Positions 62,068 through 64,000 of a stretch of 64,000 nt of DNA are shown here, in pieces. The stretch spans positions 2,598,977 through 2,662,976 of the forward strand of contig NC_135248.1 in assembly GCF_947623445.1 (NCBI RefSeq). The letters run 5' to 3'. The notes under the pieces were generated by a model. The model was not told where the DNA came from, did no database searches, and saw nothing but the letters and a program-made list of their open reading frames with translations. How positions within the stretch are numbered: position 1 is the first letter of the stretch; every line of letters begins with the position of its first letter. Source of the stretch: Clavelina lepadiformis (lineage: Eukaryota). The position numbers and the translations under genes were made by a program.

Positions 62068-63819
62068 GTAATTTTATTTCCTAGAATTTATTTTCGATAC
62101 ATCTGGTTTGTGCTTGAAATAACAGCCACGTATGGTTGTGTAGTGTGGTACTGACCAAGTCCCGCTACTACTACAGTTGCTGCAACGATCTCGCCATAGT
62201 TTGTTTTGTTAATATTCAAGTTTAAACGCACAGTGCACTAGAGTTTGTCATTAAGGGCCGGGGTAGGTCACAGAAACATTTAATTTCAGACTCTGTTGGG
62301 CACAACGGGTAATTTATTGTTCCTGAGATAAACAAAGCTTCACATCACATGATGCTCATTGCTCATTTCACGCGGTTAAAGCAGACCATTTTGACGGCCA
62401 AACAAAGGGAATAAAGCTGAATTAAAATCAAAGCATGGTTCAAATTTAACTCGACGATTTGGACTAATTCTTACCTTGATTTGATTGCAATTTTGCTCCT
62501 TTCGTTTGCAGCGCGATTAAAATCTGCTTCCATCGTTTCATTCAGTTATAACCAGGGTTTCCACCGGTCTGGACTCGAAATTAAGGACGACTGGGAAACG
62601 AAAGAAGAATACTTCCTTAAACAGTGCACAACAGGAGAAGGCAATCAATGTTCTTAAAAAAAAAGAAAAACGAGACACTATTTGCATGTTCTTAATTTTG
62701 GGATCTTTTTTGTACAAAATGGTATACTAAAGGTGTCGACATGCCCAAAACTGAAACCTCTGCCCCAAAAATACGACAAAAGTAAGGACGCAAGTGAACA
62801 TAAGGACAAATCTTAGAAATAAGGACGATATGGCAACCCGGGTTATTAGAGTATATGGGATTATAGGTGCTTGAATATTTATGCCAGTCGACGCCATTAT
62901 TATCTTCCAGGCTTTTAAGCCGGTTAATTATCGATTGCTTAGTTTTTGTTTTCTACATAAGCTCCCAGAGATTAGTGTTTTTATAAATAATGTATAAGCG
63001 AGAAAGTCAGACAAATAGACTTTTCATTCTGCGCTGCTGCTTTTAAACTAGCTAAATAATGATGATTCAAGGTGAAGCGAGAAAAGCGACCAACATCTTT
63101 CAATTATGGATTCCTTGTACTGTGCGTATAGAAAGTTGACGTCATTGTTTGTTGTTTAGCATTGTGACGCAGGTTTCGCCATTGTTGATAATTTTTTCGG
63201 TCAACTTTTTTACAACGAACGGCAGCTGCTGTTTTTAGCCAAATTTATTTTTATTCATTTTTCTTAAAGTTTCGTACCAGAATTTATTTCCCCAATTTTT
63301 CATGTTCTTAAAAAGTTTATAAATATTTTCGCGGTCAAAAGCGATGGAGTCGTCTATTTATTAAATGCAAATTGGAAGTCGTTTAAATTTAGAACGCGCG
63401 AAAGCAAAACGCAGATAAATTGTTTAAAAGATGTTTATCGTAAAATATCGTCAAGTGCTGAAACTTTCAGTTTGTTTAGAAGCTTTCAAAGTCTGACGCT
63501 TGTGAGTCTTTATTTACGGAATTAATAATACAAAGGCTTGGGTAAAAGCACTCAACTTCTTTATTTAGAATATGTAAATTTTTTCTCGTTTCCCATTTTG
63601 AAAGACAAAACAGTTCTATTTTCATCGACAAGCAAAAATCCATTATGCGAGTTTACACACCAAACGATATATGATACTACACGCAAGAAATCTGGCTGTT
63701 GTAGACCTATAATGAACCCCAACACCTAAAACAACTTGCACCAGTATGAACTTAAATGCTGAAAGGTGTGTAAAGCTAACAACCTGCCTAATTGCAACTA
63801 TTTTGTTCATACTTGACAG

Positions 63820-63922
63820 ATTGATGACAAAGGCTTGCGCGCTATCTGTGACTATCTAGATCTTGAGTCGCTCAACTTATGCGAGACAAGAGTCACCAAC
63901 GAAGGAATACTTTGTCTGGAAG
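63820..63922 (+). CDS. CMIP: CMIP-like exon (LRR); the gene continues beyond the window
   Basis: cttgacag| IDDKGLRAICDYLDLESLNLCETRVTNEGILCLE |GTCAGT. Phase 1 out. Confidence 0.6.
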
Positions 63923-64000
63923 GTCAGTTTTATCTTTATACGTTCACTGGAAATTTGTAAATATATGAAATTCCAAAGATTAGAGTTTGGGTTGGGTTAA

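Overview
This is eukaryotic (metazoan-type) DNA with spliced genes, not a prokaryotic island. It has three parts.

(i) 1-~35260 is a head-to-tail tandem array of five units of 6.3-8.5 kb. Each unit carries a 4-exon secreted collectin-like gene: signal peptide, 10 Gly-X-Y collagen triplets, a helical neck, and a C-type lectin domain with an EPN motif. Units 1 and 2 (8,496 bp each) are base-identical. They differ from units 3-5 by nested transposon insertions. One is an 804-bp Tc1/mariner-type MITE with a TA target-site duplication in the proximal promoter. The other is a 1.19-kb MULE-like element in intron 2, bracketed by two diverged 150-bp copies of the sequence that includes the 3' half of exon 2 and its splice donor.

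(ii) 36884-43131 is a 10-exon gene for a receptor of about 1,363 aa. It has a signal peptide and about 16 LDL-receptor class-A-like cysteine modules, the internal ones each on its own phase-1 exon. These are fused directly to an LGR/glycoprotein-hormone-receptor-type 7TM domain, with no leucine-rich-repeat ectodomain.

(iii) 44-64 kb holds a foldback element, a dispersed ~240-bp repeat, and about 19 exons of a PH+LRR gene that I recognise, from memory only, as an orthologue of c-Maf-inducing protein (CMIP). That gene runs off the window end.

I found no rRNA, tRNA or CRISPR. Exon coordinates are anchored to the ORF track where possible. Transposon and repeat edges are approximate (±2 bp).
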